Assembly (NCBI GenBank): GCA_951406725.2
Contig: OX597818.1
Span: forward strand, 136,400,001-136,464,000
DNA: 64,000 nucleotides
DNA from: Octopus vulgaris
Taxonomy: Eukaryota
Direction: 5' to 3'
Numbering within the stretch: position 1 is the first letter of the stretch; every line of letters begins with the position of its first letter. The notes under the pieces were generated by a model. That model was given only the letters and a program-made list of their open reading frames with translations, was not told where the DNA came from and made no database searches. A program made the translations under genes and the position numbers. Below are positions 62,595 to 64,000 of the stretch, one piece after another.

Positions 62595-62815
62595 GCACTG
62601 GTGCTAGTGTTACATAAAAAGCACTGGTGATGGTGCCAGGTAAAAAACCTCCAGTACACTCTGTAAGGTGGTTGGTGTTAGGAAAGACATCCAGCTGTAG
62701 AAACCAAATCAAAACAGACTATGGATCCTGGTGTGGCTCTTGGCCTTGCCAGCTCCCGTCAAACAACCCAGCCCATGCCAGCATGTAAAACAGATGTTAA
62801 ATGATGATGATGAGG
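62595..62815 (+). mobile_element. Old family C variant
   Basis: TAAAAAGCACTGG modules, GGTGTTAGGAAAGACATCCAGCTGTAGAAAC and a (GAT)n tail. Confidence 0.72.
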
Positions 62816-63677
62816 AGGAGGAGGAGGATATAGTTGGTTGGTCGAGAAGTTTATTTCTCAAACATTTAGTTTCAGACCCAATTCATTGCACATCATCTTG
62901 GGCAAGGATCTGCTATTGTAGTTCCAAGGATAACCAATGCCTTCTGAGTGAATTTGGTAGGTGGAAACTATATGAAGCCTGTCATAAGTGTGTGTATTTA
63001 CATGTATGAATACAGACATATATGTGTTGTGTGTGTGTGTAGATAAAACTATATATCATAACTTTGTCTGATGAGTGAATAATTTGCGTACCTGCTGCCT
63101 TCCTTGGATGTCATATTTATATTTATATTCCTGATGTATCTGAAGTATGTAGTGTTGAAACAATTGTAATGAAAGAATAACACCATAACCTCCATTCTCA
63201 GACTTTATATACATGTATGTATATATACATATATATATCATATATAATCTAAGTAATGATTTTATATTCTTGTATGCACCTTGTAGTATGCTGTTTAAAG
63301 CCAGTTCACAGTATTCAACTACCTGATGTCAACAACAGTATGGAGGTATATGCCACTGGGTTTACTTCAAGAATTCTTTAGCATCTGTAGAGTTTATAAA
63401 AACTTTGAGAGAGATAAAAATGGAATTCACGAGACTGTCTTCATTATAGCTTAGTTTTTTTATAGTACATTACAATTACCAAAATGTATTATTTTATAAA
63501 TAAGCAAAAACAGCAAATAAAAAACGAGGTACTTTTAGAAAAGTCACCTAAGGAAATGCATCTGCACCTAAGACGCATCAAAACTGTTTGTACAACATCT
63601 CACCTGCAAGGCACTGGTGCATGATGGGTCAAAATAGTTGTAGTGGTTCTGAATAAAGAGTCACATCAATTCCATTT

Positions 63678-63691
63678 TCTTTCTCTCATAT

Positions 63692-63744
<53 letters not shown>

Positions 63745-63791
63745 TTATATTTATATATATATATATTTATATATATTTATATTTATATATT

Positions 63792-63822
<31 letters not shown>

Positions 63823-63931
63823 TTATATATATATATTTATATATATATATATTTATATTTATATATATATATTTATATATATATATATTTATATTTATAT
63901 ATATATATTTATATATATATATATTTATATA
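63678..63931. repeat. (TA)n/(TATATT)n microsatellite; a family A head follows at 63932-64000
   Basis: Visible directly in the sequence. Confidence 0.95.
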
Positions 63932-64000
63932 TAGGCACAGGCATAGCTGTATGGTGAGAAGCTTGCTTCCCAACCACACTGTTCCAGGTTCAATCCCACT

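Overview
Eukaryotic, repeat-dominated DNA. The repeat families, (TA)n/(TG)n density and low GC outside the satellite look like an octopus (cephalopod) genome, but that rests on recalled repeat sequences, not a search. Bases 1-16.2 kb are an array of roughly 285 copies of a 52-bp, 50% GC satellite (consensus GGTCGAAAAGCTCATGGAAAGTTCCGGGGATTTCCCAGGTCCCGGTAAATTT). It has higher-order repeats and at least four strand switches. Its right edge (degenerate satellite + CR1-type LINE fragment + unique DNA) is present twice. Bases 17.2-64 kb are a mosaic of at least four SINE-like families (called A-D here), TTAA/piggyBac-like MITEs, non-autonomous Helitrons, mariner/Tc1 relics, CR1 and RTE LINE 3' fragments, two palindromic elements and long microsatellites. 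No host protein-coding gene can be supported, and almost all listed ORFs are translations of repeats. The most notable hidden signals are: (i) at least four unrelated minimal type-I hammerhead-ribozyme folds (25.2, 32.5, 33.4 and 51.2 kb, plus weaker ones), one inside a 35-bp inverted repeat in a Penelope-like arrangement; (ii) a tandemly reiterated pseudoknot-plus-hairpin module at the 5' end of family C; (iii) the mirror-image HOR architecture and kB-motif content of the satellite. All structures were folded by eye.
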